A stretch of DNA of 63,973 bases, filler included, from Reclinomonas americana ATCC 50394 (GCA_048213135.1; 18 parts of 18 records of this genome joined end to end with filler, not necessarily neighbours in it), one strand, 5' to 3'. Positions 45,143 through 58,242 are shown, counted from the first letter of the whole stretch. Notes: generated from the letters alone by a model not told the origin. Numbers and translations are program-made.

Positions 45143-47465
45143 ATCAATGTGTGCTGATAGTAGTATTGTTGCATGGCGGCTTGCTGCTGTGGATCCATCG
45201 GCGACTGCCCGCTCACCACGGGCGGCGATGAGAACTGTGGAACAGCGCTGGTGGGTTGCCGTGCAGCAGCGGCGTAGCCAGCTGGCATGGCGTGAACCGG
45301 TTGCATCTGTGGTGTGGTGGTCTGCGGCTGTGCCACAGGCTGCTGGAGGTACGGCGACGAGGCAACCGGCACCGGTTGTGTCGGGGTGGCGGTGCTGGCG
45401 GGAGGCACAGCGGGTGACTGTTGTGCACCCTGCAGCGAGCCGACGTACAACCTGGCAACGCGGTCAACCACAAAGGGAGACTGCAGTAAGAGTATGCATC
45501 AATCGTCGTCACACACCATTGCTCTTCGCGAAAACGCTGCCCCGGCGGCAACAACGGTGCCGTCGACATGAGACACACGTAGACGGTTCCATTGGCTGCG
45601 GCCAGCGGAATGTTGCCCAACAGGTACTGCAGCACAAGCGCGTCGTTGAGCACAGCCACTATTCCCACACACGCAATCGAGAAGCACCTTTTTAGGCGAC
45701 CCACTGAGCTGGCTCAGCAAACTCAAGAACTCGTTGGTGATCTGACTCGGGCGGAATACACCCACCACAATCGGCGGCAGCTGCTGCACTGGCACCGTCA
45801 ACGGTGCAAGCGTAAACGCCACGCTGGTGGGCAGCTGTTGAATCTTTTCGTGTGACCACGAACTGGGAGAAGCACACAAGTCGTCAGCAAGACAGACAGA
45901 GAGTACAAAAGCCAGGCGTCTGCGTGTCGCCATAACTAGAATCGCTTGCCCTCGGGCGACCCAATCTCAGGCAGAGTGCCGGCGTAGATTTGACCCGGGA
46001 TGGACAGCGAATCCACTCGCACAGTTCCATCCCAGATGGGACCCGTAGCCGACGCCTGTAAGCAGACACACACGCACACACACACACCAAGTAAATGAAC
46101 CTGTCACATGACTACGCCACAAAAACAACTTCTCCGCTCGCAACATTCATGTGTAGCGGTGGCGGCTGTGGTGGTGTTGGCGGTTGTGGTGCCTGCGGCT
46201 GTGGTAGATGCTGCATGGGTGGCTGCGGCAGCACACCGTACTGCGGAACAGCTGGTGCCGCCAGTTGCTGCGGTGGCTGCGGCTGTGGCGGCTGTGGCGG
46301 CTGCTGCGGAATCGCTTGCATGGGAGACACGTACGAGGAGCTGTCGACGGCCATGGGCGTGGGAGCCGCATGACCGGGAAGAGGCGGTGTCGGCATGGTG
46401 GCCACCACCGGTGCCGCCATCAAGTGTGGCACGTTGCGCAGCCACGCAGTACCCCGTGCAAGATCCACATGTTCCACTCCGTGATCGTGCCGTTGCGACG
46501 CCGACTGGATGGATGCACACGCAATGAAAAATCGTCAGGAGGAACCCGAGACTCGCGCTGTGGACCACGTACCATAAAGAGTCGCTCATACTCTGGCACA
46601 TGGTCACGCGTACATATCACCGACAGAAACACCTCTCGATGCGCCTGCACTCACCAAAGCGCACGCGTGAGCAATCGGGTGTGGCGACACGGGTGCGACG
46701 ACGACACACATACATCGGACATGAGCTGCACAAGATCGTCGACAGATCTGCCAAAGAACTCGACGGATTCCATGTTGGGCAGCGCACTGGCGGCCGACGA
46801 GGTCACCAGCACACAATGCCGCAATATCGACATGTCATGGTGCAACAGGAGCCACTGCATGCCGGAGCATGATGAGACGCAGTGGGATGGCAAGAAAGAC
46901 AAAAGGTGCGAGACACAAATTGACAGCACCTCCATGGCCACACCAAGTCCGTCGGCCACCGCCGCCTCACTGCATCGACTCCGTCGTGAGAAGAAATCAA
47001 CAATTCAGTCTCTGACAGGAGACAAGTCGAACCTCCACAGACTGGCCTCGTGTGGACTGAAGCAGTCCGACTGCAGTGCACGCAACACTCCCTCCACGTG
47101 CGGCCTCACGGGGAACTGTCGCACAGTGCCACCACTTGCAAACGTGCCAAACGGTGGACTGCTCGAGAATGCAATCACGCAGAACTCGACCGCATGCTGC
47201 GTGCCAGACAAGAAGCTCAGCAAGTGACAGCTCTCAAGCAAGAGAACACTCTGTATGTGTCACAGACCGTGGACTTCTCTTGCGTTGGCGCACTGGCGAA
47301 TCGCCTGTGTGCAAGTGCGTGTGAGAGAGAGAGCGCACGAGACACACACGCGCATGCAACACGAGACTTGAGCAGTGTGGGGAGAAAGTCCTTGTCTGTG
47401 CACAGCTCGACGGCCTCGGCAGAGGCCTCGACGACGAGAGCCACGCGCACTCGAGCGCGTGACAT
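44890..47465 (-). CDS. MED25: Mediator subunit MED25 (VWA domain, ACID-like domain, polyQ tail)
   Basis: RVALVVEASA...FLPTLL, EFCVIAF, AAVADGLGVAME and RHCVLVTSSAASALPNMESVEFFGRSVDDLVQLM align with the MED25 VWA domain. IWDGTV and VGVFRPS...FLSLLSQL resemble ACID. Q-rich C-terminus. Confidence 0.75.
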
Positions 47466-47532
47466 TTGGGCGGTGATTGCAACAAAGCGAGCTCCGTCCC
47501 TGTCTGTCCACGTCCATTCTCGCTCCCACACA

Positions 47533-48402
47533 ATGCTGAAGTCAGGCCCCTCCTCGCTCTCCTCGGCCTCCTCCAGCGCCTTCTTTGTCACCGTCAACGG
47601 CCAAGTGGAGAGCGCACAGGTATGCTGCTGATGTTGTTGTCTCTCCTGCTCCCCCTCCCCTTTGCTCTCTCTCTTTCTCACCCTCGCTGCGCAGATGGAT
47701 GGCGTCGGCTCGTTGTACTGCCGACTACAGTTTGTGCACGGACCCAACTGGGAGATTGAGCGCGGTGATGGCGAGGTGCGACGCAAGCAAAAAAAAAACA
47801 CCCCCCCTGCAACAACGAACTGCTCCTCATCATCATCATCATCAATGTGCGCAGCGTGTGGTGCCTCGCGAGTCGTGCACGCAAGTGAGCGAGCTTGGCG
47901 GCAACGGCGCCATACCTCTCTTCGTGTGGAACTTCCCGTTTGAGATCTCGTTTCGCTCCACCAATCCACACGGGTGGCCGCAGCTGTGTGTCACCACGTA
48001 CTCGATTGGAGGCAAGGGCAAGGAGACTGTGCAAGGCTACGGTGCTGTCCACGTACCGTGTGGTCCAGGAAGGTTCTTTTCACGACTAGCGGGGAGAAAG
48101 GGGCGAGCGGAACGAGTGCTGATTGCCGCACGTTCTTTTTTTGCAGGTACACGCGATACATTCGTCTGTTCAAGCCGGTGGCGTCGTCGGCGCTGCAGGG
48201 TCTGTTGTCCTCATTAAGCGGCTCCTCGCCGCACTTCATCGATCCGACGCTTCCGAGCAAGAGCGAAGGGCGCGAAGTAACGCGCGTGCAATCGGGTGGC
48301 GTGGTCAAGGTCGATTTCAGCGTCGTCACCAGGAACTTTGACGTGTACAGTGAGGAGAGTGAGGAGTACGAGGAGCATGTGCTCTCCGATACCACCTTGT
48401 AA
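47533..48402 (+). CDS. B9D1: B9 domain protein 1 (ciliary transition zone)
   Basis: FFVTVNGQVESA, LYCRLQFVHGPNW, VWNFPFEISFRSTNPHGWPQL, VQGYGAVHVP and EGREVTRVQS.G. TAA at 48402. Confidence 0.95.
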
Positions 48403-48476
48403 TTAAACGAGACGATGGAAGTTGTCACGCACCACGACAGACACAGCTGTCCCTCTCTTCACAAATCACAATCGCA

Positions 48477-49261
48477 ATGGCCGAGCTGGTGATCAGCGAG
48501 TACGAAGAGCTGCTGCGAGTCAAAGGTACACTGTGGTGTCTCGCCCTGCATGTTCATGCACTGCTCAGGTGTCTCACTCTCTCTCTCTCTCTCTCACACA
48601 CACACGCGCGCGCGCAGACATGCGCATCGAGCAGCTGTTGAGCGACAAGCGCTCGCTGCAGGTCGCAGTCGCCGACGCGATCAAGCCCGAGCAGATGGAG
48701 TCGATGATACGCGAGGTGGAGCAGTGGCGACAGCGGCTGCGACAAGTGGAACAGGAGCGCGATGAGCTGGCGCGGGTGGTGGCCGAGTATGAGGCGCGCG
48801 CCGAGAAGGATCGCCTGGCATTCGAGCGCGCCTACCAGTTCCTCAAGGGCAATGCCGAGATCCACGTCAAGGAGTTTGCTACGCTGGAGGATGGTAAGGG
48901 GGGAGGACGTCGACACGCAGGAGAAAGGAGCGAGGCGACTCACGCTGTCTGTGCAACAGACTTGCGGGCAATGACGTTTGAGCGCGATCACTACCTGACC
49001 GTGGCCCGACAGCAAGAGGAGCACATGCAAGTGGGTGGAGTGTGTACGTGCTGATTTACTTAGGGAGTTGTCTCATGCGGGAGATGGGATGCGCAGCGAA
49101 TGGAGGCCGAGTTCGTCGCTCACATGCAACACATGCAAGCGGAGATGCCTCGACCGCCACCACCGCCACCACCATCACAATCATCGCATGGTGGCACTCG
49201 ATTCAGCCCGCAACGGCCCATGAGGCCGTCAGACCTTGCGGGCCGTGCACCACAATTGTAG
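48477..49261 (+). CDS. Hypothetical coiled-coil protein with Pro-rich tail
   Basis: Four exons splice in frame: MAELVISEYEELLRVK|DMRIEQLL...EVEQWRQRLRQVEQERDEL...PPPPPPP...APQL*, TAG at 49259-49261. Confidence 0.75.
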
Positions 49262-49262
49262 T

Positions 49263-49443
49263 TTACATAAAGTCGTCCAAGTCGGCAGATCGAGTCGATG
49301 AGTTGCTCTTGATGCTGCTGCCGTTGCTGCTGCCACTGGCGACTCCGCCATTTGCCACATCGCTGCCTTCGTCGTCGGCATTGTCGTCGTCGTCGTCAAG
49401 CAGGTCGTCGGTCCACACTCGTCCGACCCAGTCGTCGTCGTCT

Positions 49444-49475
<32 letters not shown>

Positions 49476-50750
49476 CTCACCGTTGCGCAGACTGGACACG
49501 TCGACAGCATACCGCAGAATCGCTCCAATGCCGCCAAAGCCTCGCGTGAATTGCGTGCCTTGTGGTGACGCTGCGACACCCGAGGTGCGTCAGATGGGCA
49601 AACGAGGTTGGACAAGAACGAGAAAACTCACCATCGGTGATCGTCACAACCTCGCATCCGTACGACTTTGCCGCGTGGTCCAGCAGCCACTCCACCAGCG
49701 GCTGCATGTCCTCCACGACCTCATCGGCCGCCAACGTCAGCTGCGCGTTGGTCGATCGGCGCACAACATACCGCACCACTGACGAGCGACGGCGGTTCAA
49801 TCAAATATGTTGATGGGAGAAGCCACGACATCTGCTAACACAAACACATACTGTACCTGGACCACTGTGTGTCTGCAGCTGAAGGCGCCACAGAGGCGAC
49901 GACTCCCACACCAGCAGCTTCTCCACTGCGCCCATGTCGATGAGGGCCGCCTGTCGCGATTTCCACGACATTGAGGGAGGAGTGCATGATAGCAGCAACG
50001 GACAAAAGAGACAAACCATGGTGTCGTACACGCCAAAGCACATGCAGCCAGTGTCGCGTTGAATGTGCGAGAAGAACTCGTCGAGCTCGGCGCGCACTCG
50101 AATGTACTCCACGTGACCCAGGTGCGGCGCAGCAAGTGCCACCGCCTGGTGCAGACCACTCTCGCCACCGTACGCAGTGTCCACCTTGCACAAGATCGTC
50201 CGCGCCACTCGCGGATCCAAGCTGCCACCTCCATCAGTGAGTAAACACTCGCAGGGCCGCAAAAATGTTGATCACAGTGCACCCACCTGTCGGACTGCAC
50301 AAACTCGTCCTTGAGGTCGGCCGAGCCACCCACCACCAGGCCCGACACGGTCACTCGATTGTTGGCAAGGAACAACTCGGTGGCAATCTCCGCCGCTCGC
50401 TTCACCTGCATGCACGCGAGGACAGGTAAGTTACACACAGCAGCGTTGACACTGGTGTGCATGGCAGGGGGTAGGGGAACGTACATACGCGGCTCGGGCA
50501 ATCATTCGCAGTCGAGCAAAGCGCACCGAGCTCTGACCACCCTGCGCTCACACACACACACGATCGACTCAGCCATCACTCCTCCTCTGCGACGCACACC
50601 CGCAACAGGGAAACACACAACTCGTCGATGCTTGCATGGCAGGTCGACTCCCATGTGACGCAGCACGGTCTTGCGAGCGCCACACACCGTGGCAAACAGC
50701 ACGCCGTGCCCGTCCATGATCACAAATCCATACGTCTCCTTGTCGACCAA
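49263..50750 (-). CDS. eRF1: Divergent eukaryotic release factor 1 (M and C domains; N domain lost in the gap)
   Basis: YGFVIMDG, VDLPCKHRR|GGQSSVRFARLR, GLVVGGSADLK, VDTAYGGESG, DTGCMCFGV, MGAVEKLLVWE, GTQFTRGFGGIGAILRY, and an acidic tail ending DLDDFM*. Confidence 0.92.
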
Positions 50751-51136
50751 NNNNNNNNNNNNNNNNNNNNNNNNNNNNNNNNNNNNNNNNNNNNTTAATT
50801 AATTAANNNNNNNNNNNNNNNNNNNNNNNNNNNNNNNNNNNNNNNNNNNNGTGCGAGTTGTCACGCGAGGACCAAATTAGGCATTTTTGTCGGAAATACT
50901 CTTGTTACCAGCACGCATGCAAGTTGGATGGCTGCCACGTGCAGAGTATGCTAGCGATAGCACTGCTCTGTGCACGCACGCATACTCGTGGAGCAACAGA
51001 GGACTGCAGTCAAATTTGAACAGATATATCGAAATCATGATCAGCCTATATAGCTATCGCGATCGAGTTTGCGCTCCTGTACCTGTCCCTGATATGCACG
51101 ATTACTAGATCACAGCAGTCGCATTATCAAGCACGC

Positions 51137-51998
51137 ATGGTGCGCCTGTGGAGACTGAGCACAGCTGTCGGATTTGCGTCGACTGAACGGATTCATTCCG
51201 AACTTCAATCGGTTTTCACCCCGTTTTTCTCTGTGCACACTCATGGAGAGCGCCGTGCTTGGTGCGTTGCCCTTCCAAGGCGACGACCAACGCCAGTAAC
51301 CTCACCACCAGCACCTCTCGCAGAGTTCCGCGATGGTCTGATGGGCGCCGATCTGGCGAGTTGTCTCAGTCGCTTGCAGTGCGTTCGTGAGCGCAATTGA
51401 AGGCACTTTGATCGCACACGAAAGTGACTCTCTCTCTCTCTCTATCATTGCAGTGGTGTGGAGCATGAACATCAGCAAGTACTGCAGGCCGCCATGCAAG
51501 AGGGTGAGTGCGTCAGGTCGCACGCTGATCACCACAACGTTTTTCCGACGCTCTCTTTTTCTCTCTCTTACTTTCACTGGTGCAGCTGCCGACGCCCAGC
51601 AAGAGTACGAACGAGAGCTGGCGGCAACGCATCGTGCAGAGGCCGCACTGCAGCGGCGTCTGGAGCAGCTCACGTCGCAGATGAGCGCGTTGCATCACTT
51701 GCAAGCGGCGCATGGATCTGGAAGCCGCGATCGCGCCTCTCCCGCAGCTCAGCTGGGTGGCCGCGGCAGTGGAGGCATGTCGCCGCTCCAGTCGCGCATG
51801 CTGCAGTACGACGACAGCCGCCAGCAGGATCCGGAGCTCGAGGAAGAGTCGTACGTCGCCATTGACGTCGACGTTGGCGAGCACGAGCATGAGGGGGAGG
51901 CTGCGGTGAATGGCGACGATGGCGAGGAGGAGCATCAGCACATGCGCATGTTGTTGGCGGACGACGATGGCGAGGAAGACGACGACGTCGGCCAGTGA
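51137..51998 (+). CDS. Hypothetical coiled-coil/acidic protein
   Basis: Exons splice in frame to ...HQQVLQAAMQEAADAQQEYERELAATHRAEAALQRRLEQL...DDDVGQ*. The start is uncertain. Confidence 0.55.
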
Positions 51999-52138
51999 CG
52001 ATGCGGGACATTGTGTGGAGACGACTTGTCGGACGGAGGAGAGGAGGCCGAGGCCACGGGCGGTGTCGTGTAGAGAGTAACAGCCAGTGTGTGTGTGAGA
52101 GAGAGAGGAGTGCACCTTTGAGTGAAACGAGACACGCC

Positions 52139-52368
52139 ATGAGTGCTGGTGTGTGTTTTTCCCGCGTGTGTGTGTCTGTCTCTCCGTGTGGCTCACTGGC
52201 GGTGGTGGTGGTGGTGGCAGCTTCAGTGGCCGACATTGCAATCCGCGTGGAGAAGGGTGTGTCGCGGAATCAGCGTCTGGTGGTGTGGGACGGTCTGTAC
52301 CCACTCGATGTGGCCTTGTACGTGCTCTCGCTGCGGACGCACGGCGAGAAGTCGTGGAAGCAGCAAAC

Positions 52369-52429
<61 letters not shown>

Positions 52430-52621
52430 ATCTGTCTCTCTCCACCTCCTTTCTTCCTTGCTCTTCTTGATCTCATAGGTGTTTGCAGTTGGGAGGCACG
52501 GAGCTGTCGTTTGAGATCTCCAATGATGACCCGGAGGCCGACCACCGGTACGACGTGATGCTGGAGGCGCTGGACCACTCGCGAACGCTGGTGGCACGAC
52601 GCATCTTCGAGATGGAGATTG
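52139..52621 (+). CDS. Hypothetical protein with an N-terminal FN3-like segment; 3' truncated
   Basis: RLVVWDG...LYVLSLR...SWKQQ...HRYDVMLEA shows FN3-like W/Y/W/Y spacing. A (GT)n intron lies at ~52370-52430. Confidence 0.45.
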
Positions 52622-52738
52622 GTGAGTTAGTCTGCAATNNNNNNNNNNNNNNNNNNNNNNNNNNNNNNNNNNNNNNNNNNNNTTAATTAATTAANNNNNN
52701 NNNNNNNNNNNNNNNNNNNNNNNNNNNNNNNNNNNNNN

Positions 52739-55700
52739 GATACTCGTGGTGCGACGCCCGCAACGCCTGCTGCAGGTATGGCTGCACCGATGACAGCGGC
52801 ATGTCGTCCGGCAGCAAGGCCAGTGCGCGCACCAGGTCCACGTACTTCGGGTAGCGCAACATGAGCGACAGCGCGGCTTCTCGCAAACTCTGCTTGGCGC
52901 CCGTCCTGCATGGCACGGTACGTGCGTGAGCGTGCAGACCATACGCAAAAAAGAAAAGCATGCGCGCACCATCGGTTGACCAGCGAGTCACGCATCTCGC
53001 CCGGTGGTGGATTCATGAGCATCTCAATCAGGTCGAAAAAGAAGGCGCGGTGATGTGGCTGTGGCTGAGGCAGCACAAAGCGGCCGCCTGTTGACGAGCT
53101 GGCGCCGGCAGCTGAGGCGGCAGTCGCAGCCGAGGTGGTTGTCGTTGTTGTCGTCGTGGACGAGGATGAGGACGAAGATGCACCACCAGCTGCGTCGCCG
53201 GCATCACCAGTGAACGAGGGTATGGTGGCACTCGCCACAATGCAGTCGGCAATGCTCGCATCCGGGAAGAGGCAGTAGTACTCGGCGGCTGGCAGGTTAC
53301 CCATGCTGTACACAATGGCACGCAGGGCCTCGCGATGTTGGCCGGCCTACGCGTGGTGAGTTGGCGGTAGATGCACACTTCTCTCTTGCGCGGAAACACA
53401 CCTTTTTGAACAAAATCAGTCGCTCGTAGTACAGCGAGCTCTGCGCCAGACGCGTCTGCAGCGTTTGCAAGTGGTACGCCGTGGAGGTCTCCAGCAGCGC
53501 AATCAGCTTGCTGCGGAATTCACCCAGCATGCCGGCCTCATTGCCGGGCAGCACCAGCAAATCGCCGTGTGGCTCACTGGACTCCATTCCCTTCCAGTAC
53601 GTGATCTGCTCAATGTACTTGATGGCCAACTGGGTGTGGTACTTGCCGTTCTGTACGATTGCACATATTGGCGTGTCAGTCAATCGCCATCATAAATGAC
53701 TGGAGCACCCAAACAAACCTCCGAGCGCAGGTGCAACACCAGGTGTTCGAGATACTCGCGCTGTGCGTCCTCCGAATACACACCGAGGTATTCGAGCACT
53801 CGCTCCGTGTCCAATGAAGCAGCCATGGGGCTCGTAAAGATCTGCGCACCGCTTCGTGAGTTTCCTCGCCACCACCACCACCACCACCACCAACGACAAA
53901 GTGCACACCTGGAGACCGGCAGTCGGATCCTCGGCCAGCACCCACGACGACGATCGGAAAATCAGCTGTGGATCTCCGCACTCTTCGAGAACACGCACGG
54001 TCCACTTGATGCACTCCTGCGTGGTGAGGATGGGTGCACCCGACTGTTTCCGTGACCCAGAGTTGAACGAATCCGACACATCCACTCGTGCCGCCAGCGC
54101 CGACGATGATGGTGCCAGCGCAAGCGTCTCCCACGTCTCCAGCGCCTCGGTGTACATGCCCCGCGATCTATACAGGAGGGCCCGCGCGTGCTCACTCTGC
54201 AGAATAACAGTGAGGAAGGAACGCAAGCACCAACAATCAGTAGCAAGTACATCGAACCTGTGGCACTCGCTGAAGCAGCGGGAGACCATACTGCAGCGAC
54301 ACGTGGTGCGAGGTCGACGAGAGCAGCTCATGCAGCGCGGCAAGATCACCCTCCGAGTAGATCACCACCAGCGCGTAGTCAACTGACTTGGCGATTTGCT
54401 GTCGTGTCTCTTGGTCCCACGCCTCGCTGCCGGCAAAGAGATAGCCGGCGGCGCGAACTTGTTGCAGGTACACGCGCACCGCCTGTCGCGCTTCACTCAC
54501 CAGCGCCCGCTGCGTCTCCGGAGCCACCAGCTGCGCTCGGCCGCCCACACGAGCCAGCAGAGCCGCGCGTACGGCTTCGCTCATGGAGGACACAGAGCGG
54601 GCGGCCACCGATGCCGACGGTCGCGAAAAGTCCACGTCGGGACACTTCAAATCCTCAAATAACCGCACCACCTGCACGCATACAAACACAGTGAGCATCC
54701 GTGCGTAAATCTTCGGTCCCCACAGGCATCGGAGAGATCCACAGTACCTCACGCGGGTCCATGTTGGCTTTCTGGAAATGTGAGAAGGCCTGCTCGAACT
54801 CCAAGTGTCGCAGCAGCGTCCATCCCGCATACATGTGCAAGTCACGCTCCCGATCACGCTACAATGCCTCCTCGTGTCAGTATCTGCGGAGATACAAGCA
54901 GTGGTGTTTGTGTATCTGTGCGCGCACCTTTTCATTGTCGGCTCCCACAAAGAGCTTCGACAACAGATCGAAAGCCTCTTGCACCAGCAACTTGTTGATG
55001 AGGTTCTCCACTTGTCGCAAAAGCGGAATGGTGACGAGCACATGAATTTGGTTCTGCATGGCCACAAACACTTTTGTGCCGTTCTCCGCCAATCCCAGCA
55101 CTGTGGATACACGACAGTGAGACAGCCGCATTGGCGACAACTGCCAGGGCTCCCAACCAAACCATTGCCGAGTGGCACAGTGTCCACGAGTGACTGATCC
55201 AGAATGTTGTGGACCTCCATCATGTTGTTCTGCGCGCTGACGACATACGGGTACGAGTGGGCGATGCACGCCGGCGTCGAAGACCAGGTGACTGTCGCAC
55301 GCGAGTTGACCGTCGACACGGTGGCATCGGCGCCACTGGCCGCCGAAGGCGTACTGCTTCCGGCTGCACCACTTGCTCCTGATCCACTGGCAGCGCCCGC
55401 CTTGCCGGCTTCGGCAGCCACAGCTCCCTCGACCGCATCCGACTCCATCACGCCAATGTCGAAATACAAGCCGGTATCTGAACACCGGCGTCAGTCATCT
55501 CTCTCCGACTCACTCACAAATATACACACGCTCGGGCATCGCACACAACTGTTGACACGAACGACAGCCTCTCGGGTGTCGCGACAGACGGCCACCAGCG
55601 GTCCATCCTTCTTCTTGTCGGTGAAGCGGGCCAACAGCGACGAGTGACCCGTGTCGACATTGTAGAGCGAGTAGTCCTTGCGGTTGCCGAGCACCAGAAT

Positions 55701-56687
55701 CGGATGCAACACCGCCATCGACATGACATGATCCGGCAGATCCACCTCCTTCAGCTTGCGATACGGCGAGGCGCCATTGAGGCACGCCACCAGCACCACC
55801 TTCTTCTTCAGACCAATGTACAGCAGTGTGTTGCCGCCCGACACACTCTCCTCCTCCACAGCCGCCGCCACCAGCAAGCCCATCGACTTGCCCGCAGCAG
55901 CATTGGGCAACAGCGCGCTCTTTGGCGACGCCGAGTCCACGGCCACACACAGAGCTCCACGCGCCTCGCGCACCGAGCTGAGAAACTGCAGTCCGCGATC
56001 CGGCAACGCACTATGTAGCGTCACAGTCTCATCCGACAGCACCGCCAGCGTGGAGGTGCCGGGAACCACGCGCAATGCATCAATCGGCCGCCCTCCCGAG
56101 CGCCTCACCACGCGACTCTTGCGCGTCTCACTGCTGTCGCCCGCCGCACCCGCCGCGCCACCCGTCACCGACGACGACGACGATGACAGCGATGAGGAAG
56201 CGAGCTCGGAGACAGCCAGTCCGCCCTCCAGCAACTCGCCAATCTTTGTGTGTGACAGAGATGTGAGAGGCAGAGGGAGAGAAGAGTGCATGCGACGGGC
56301 AAACTCACATGACCCTGCAGATNNNNNNNNNNNNNNNNNNNNNNNNNNNNNNNNNNNNNNNNNNNNTTAATTAATTAANNNNNNNNNNNNNNNNNNNNNN
56401 NNNNNNNNNNNNNNNNNNNNNNCCGGCACGAACTCCTCATAGACGCGCCCTGAGGAATCCGATGCACGTTGCAGTGCGAATGTCTGAATGACACCCGTGG
56501 CCGTGCCCAGAAACACATAGTCGCCTGCGGAAAGAGGAAGAAGAAGAAGAGTGTGTGAGTGCGCGTGACATGGCTGCGCGTTCTCTCCCTCTGGTGGCTT
56601 TTTCCTCTCGTACAACTCACCGGCACTGTCGATGCACGTGACCTTGCCGGAGACGGCATGGTCGCTGCACGCAACACTCGCCTCCAT
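52739..56687 (-). CDS. Vps39/Vam6 or TGFBRAP1/Vps3-like tethering subunit (CNH domain, Vps39 domains, clathrin-repeat-like region); spans a gap, 3' truncated
   Basis: VTCIDSA|GDYVFLGTATG, LKEVDLPD...ILVLGNRKDYSLYNV, YPYVV..MEVH, FSHFQKANMDPRE, YRSRGMYTEALETW, YHTQLAIKY, AAEYYC and ALALLPDDMPLSSVQPYL. Confidence 0.85.
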
Positions 56688-56776
56688 TGTCAACACGCCC
56701 AACACACACGGTTCGCGGTCTGATCCAACCAACGACCTGTGTGAGGAGAAGTCGCCTGTACACACACACACGCGCC

Positions 56777-58242
56777 ATGTATCGCAACTCATACGACACG
56801 GATATCACCACGTGGAGCCCTGGTGAGTGAGCAACTCAGAAAGAGAGAGAGAGGTGAAAGGGGAAGGGAAGAGAAGGGAGAAAGAGAGAGTGCGCGGGAA
56901 GCAGACTCTTCTTGCTGCATGCACTCAGGCATCAGTCTGCTTCTGCTGGCATTTGTGCTGTGCACCGACTCGCACATGAGTGCAGTCGTGTGCGTGAGTG
57001 GGTGCCTTTGGGGGCGCGCGTGTGTTGAACGAAATTGACACGCTCGCACTCACTCGCACACCCGCGCTCTCCCGCTCGTCGTGCGTGTGTCTGTGCTGCC
57101 ACTGTGCAGTACTCTCCTCTCTCCGTCTTTCTTTGTGCATTGCAACATGAAACGCGAGTGAGTGAGACAAGTGCGCGAGGGCGCGAATTTGACACACTCT
57201 TGTCTGCACACAGTGGGCCGCCTCCATCAAGTGGAGTACGCCATGGAGGCTGTGAAGCAGGGCAGTGCCACTGTCGGTGTCAAGTCCAAGACACACGTCA
57301 TTCTCGTGTCACTCAAGCGGTGCGATTCGCATGCTCGAGACTCGCAAATGTGATGATTGCTCACACTCACATTGTGCGTGTGTGCGTGTGTGTGTATCAG
57401 TGCGCCGCACGCTGAGCTGTCGTCGTATCAGAAGAAGGTGTTCAAGATCGATGAGCACATTGCGGTGTCGGTGGCTGGTCTGACGGCCGACGGGCGGCTG
57501 CTGTGCAAGTTTATGCGCAACGAGTGCATGACACACCGATTCGTGTACGAGAGCGCGGTGCAGGTGTCGCGCCTCGTCACGCGTGTCGCCGACAAGAGTC
57601 AGGTGGCCACGCAAAAGTCCGGCAAGAGGCCGTTTGGTGTCGGTCTCCTGGTGGCCGGCTTTGACGTTTCGTCAACACTCTCCCTTCCTTTCTTCTCTTG
57701 CATCTCTCTGATGTTGCTGTTGTACCGCACACAGAAAACCGGCCCGCACCTCTTCCAGACGTGCCCCTCTGGCAACTACTACGACTACAAGGCGGTGGCC
57801 ATTGGCGCTCGCTCGCAGTCGGCCAAGACCTACCTCGAGGACAACTACACCAAGTTCGAGGACGGTGTGTTGGCTGCTTGCCATTCTTCTTTCACTCAAT
57901 TCCATCAACTCACTGCTGCTGCGGGTGCTAGCCTCGAGGGACGAGCTCATTCGACATGCGCTCAAGGCGTTGCAGCAGACGCTGGGCGAGAACGTGGAGC
58001 TGAATGCCAAGAACTGCACCGTGTGTGTGGTTGGCAAGGACAGCGCCGTGCGCATCTTTGAGGACCAAGAAGTGGAGGAGTTTGTTGCGTTGTCCACTCG
58101 TGGTGGTGTGAGGACCGCGCTTGATTCAATGCATTCTCACTTGCCCCTCGCGGCACAGTTGGCATTCATCGAGGCCGTGGAGGGCGCGGCAGAGGGCGAG
58201 GCACCAGCGGCCGCCCGCATGGCCATTGACGACCCAGAATAA
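56777..58242 (+). CDS. PSMA1: 20S proteasome subunit alpha type-1 (alpha6/Pre5)
   Basis: [37 protein letters not shown]...ELSSYQKK...[27 protein letters not shown]...[17 protein letters not shown] at 58242. Confidence 0.98.

Noticed and set aside
49263..50750. Stop-codon reassignment suggested by the divergent eRF1
   Set aside because: I saw no in-frame stops in conserved exons, and TAA, TAG and TGA all terminate genes in this window.
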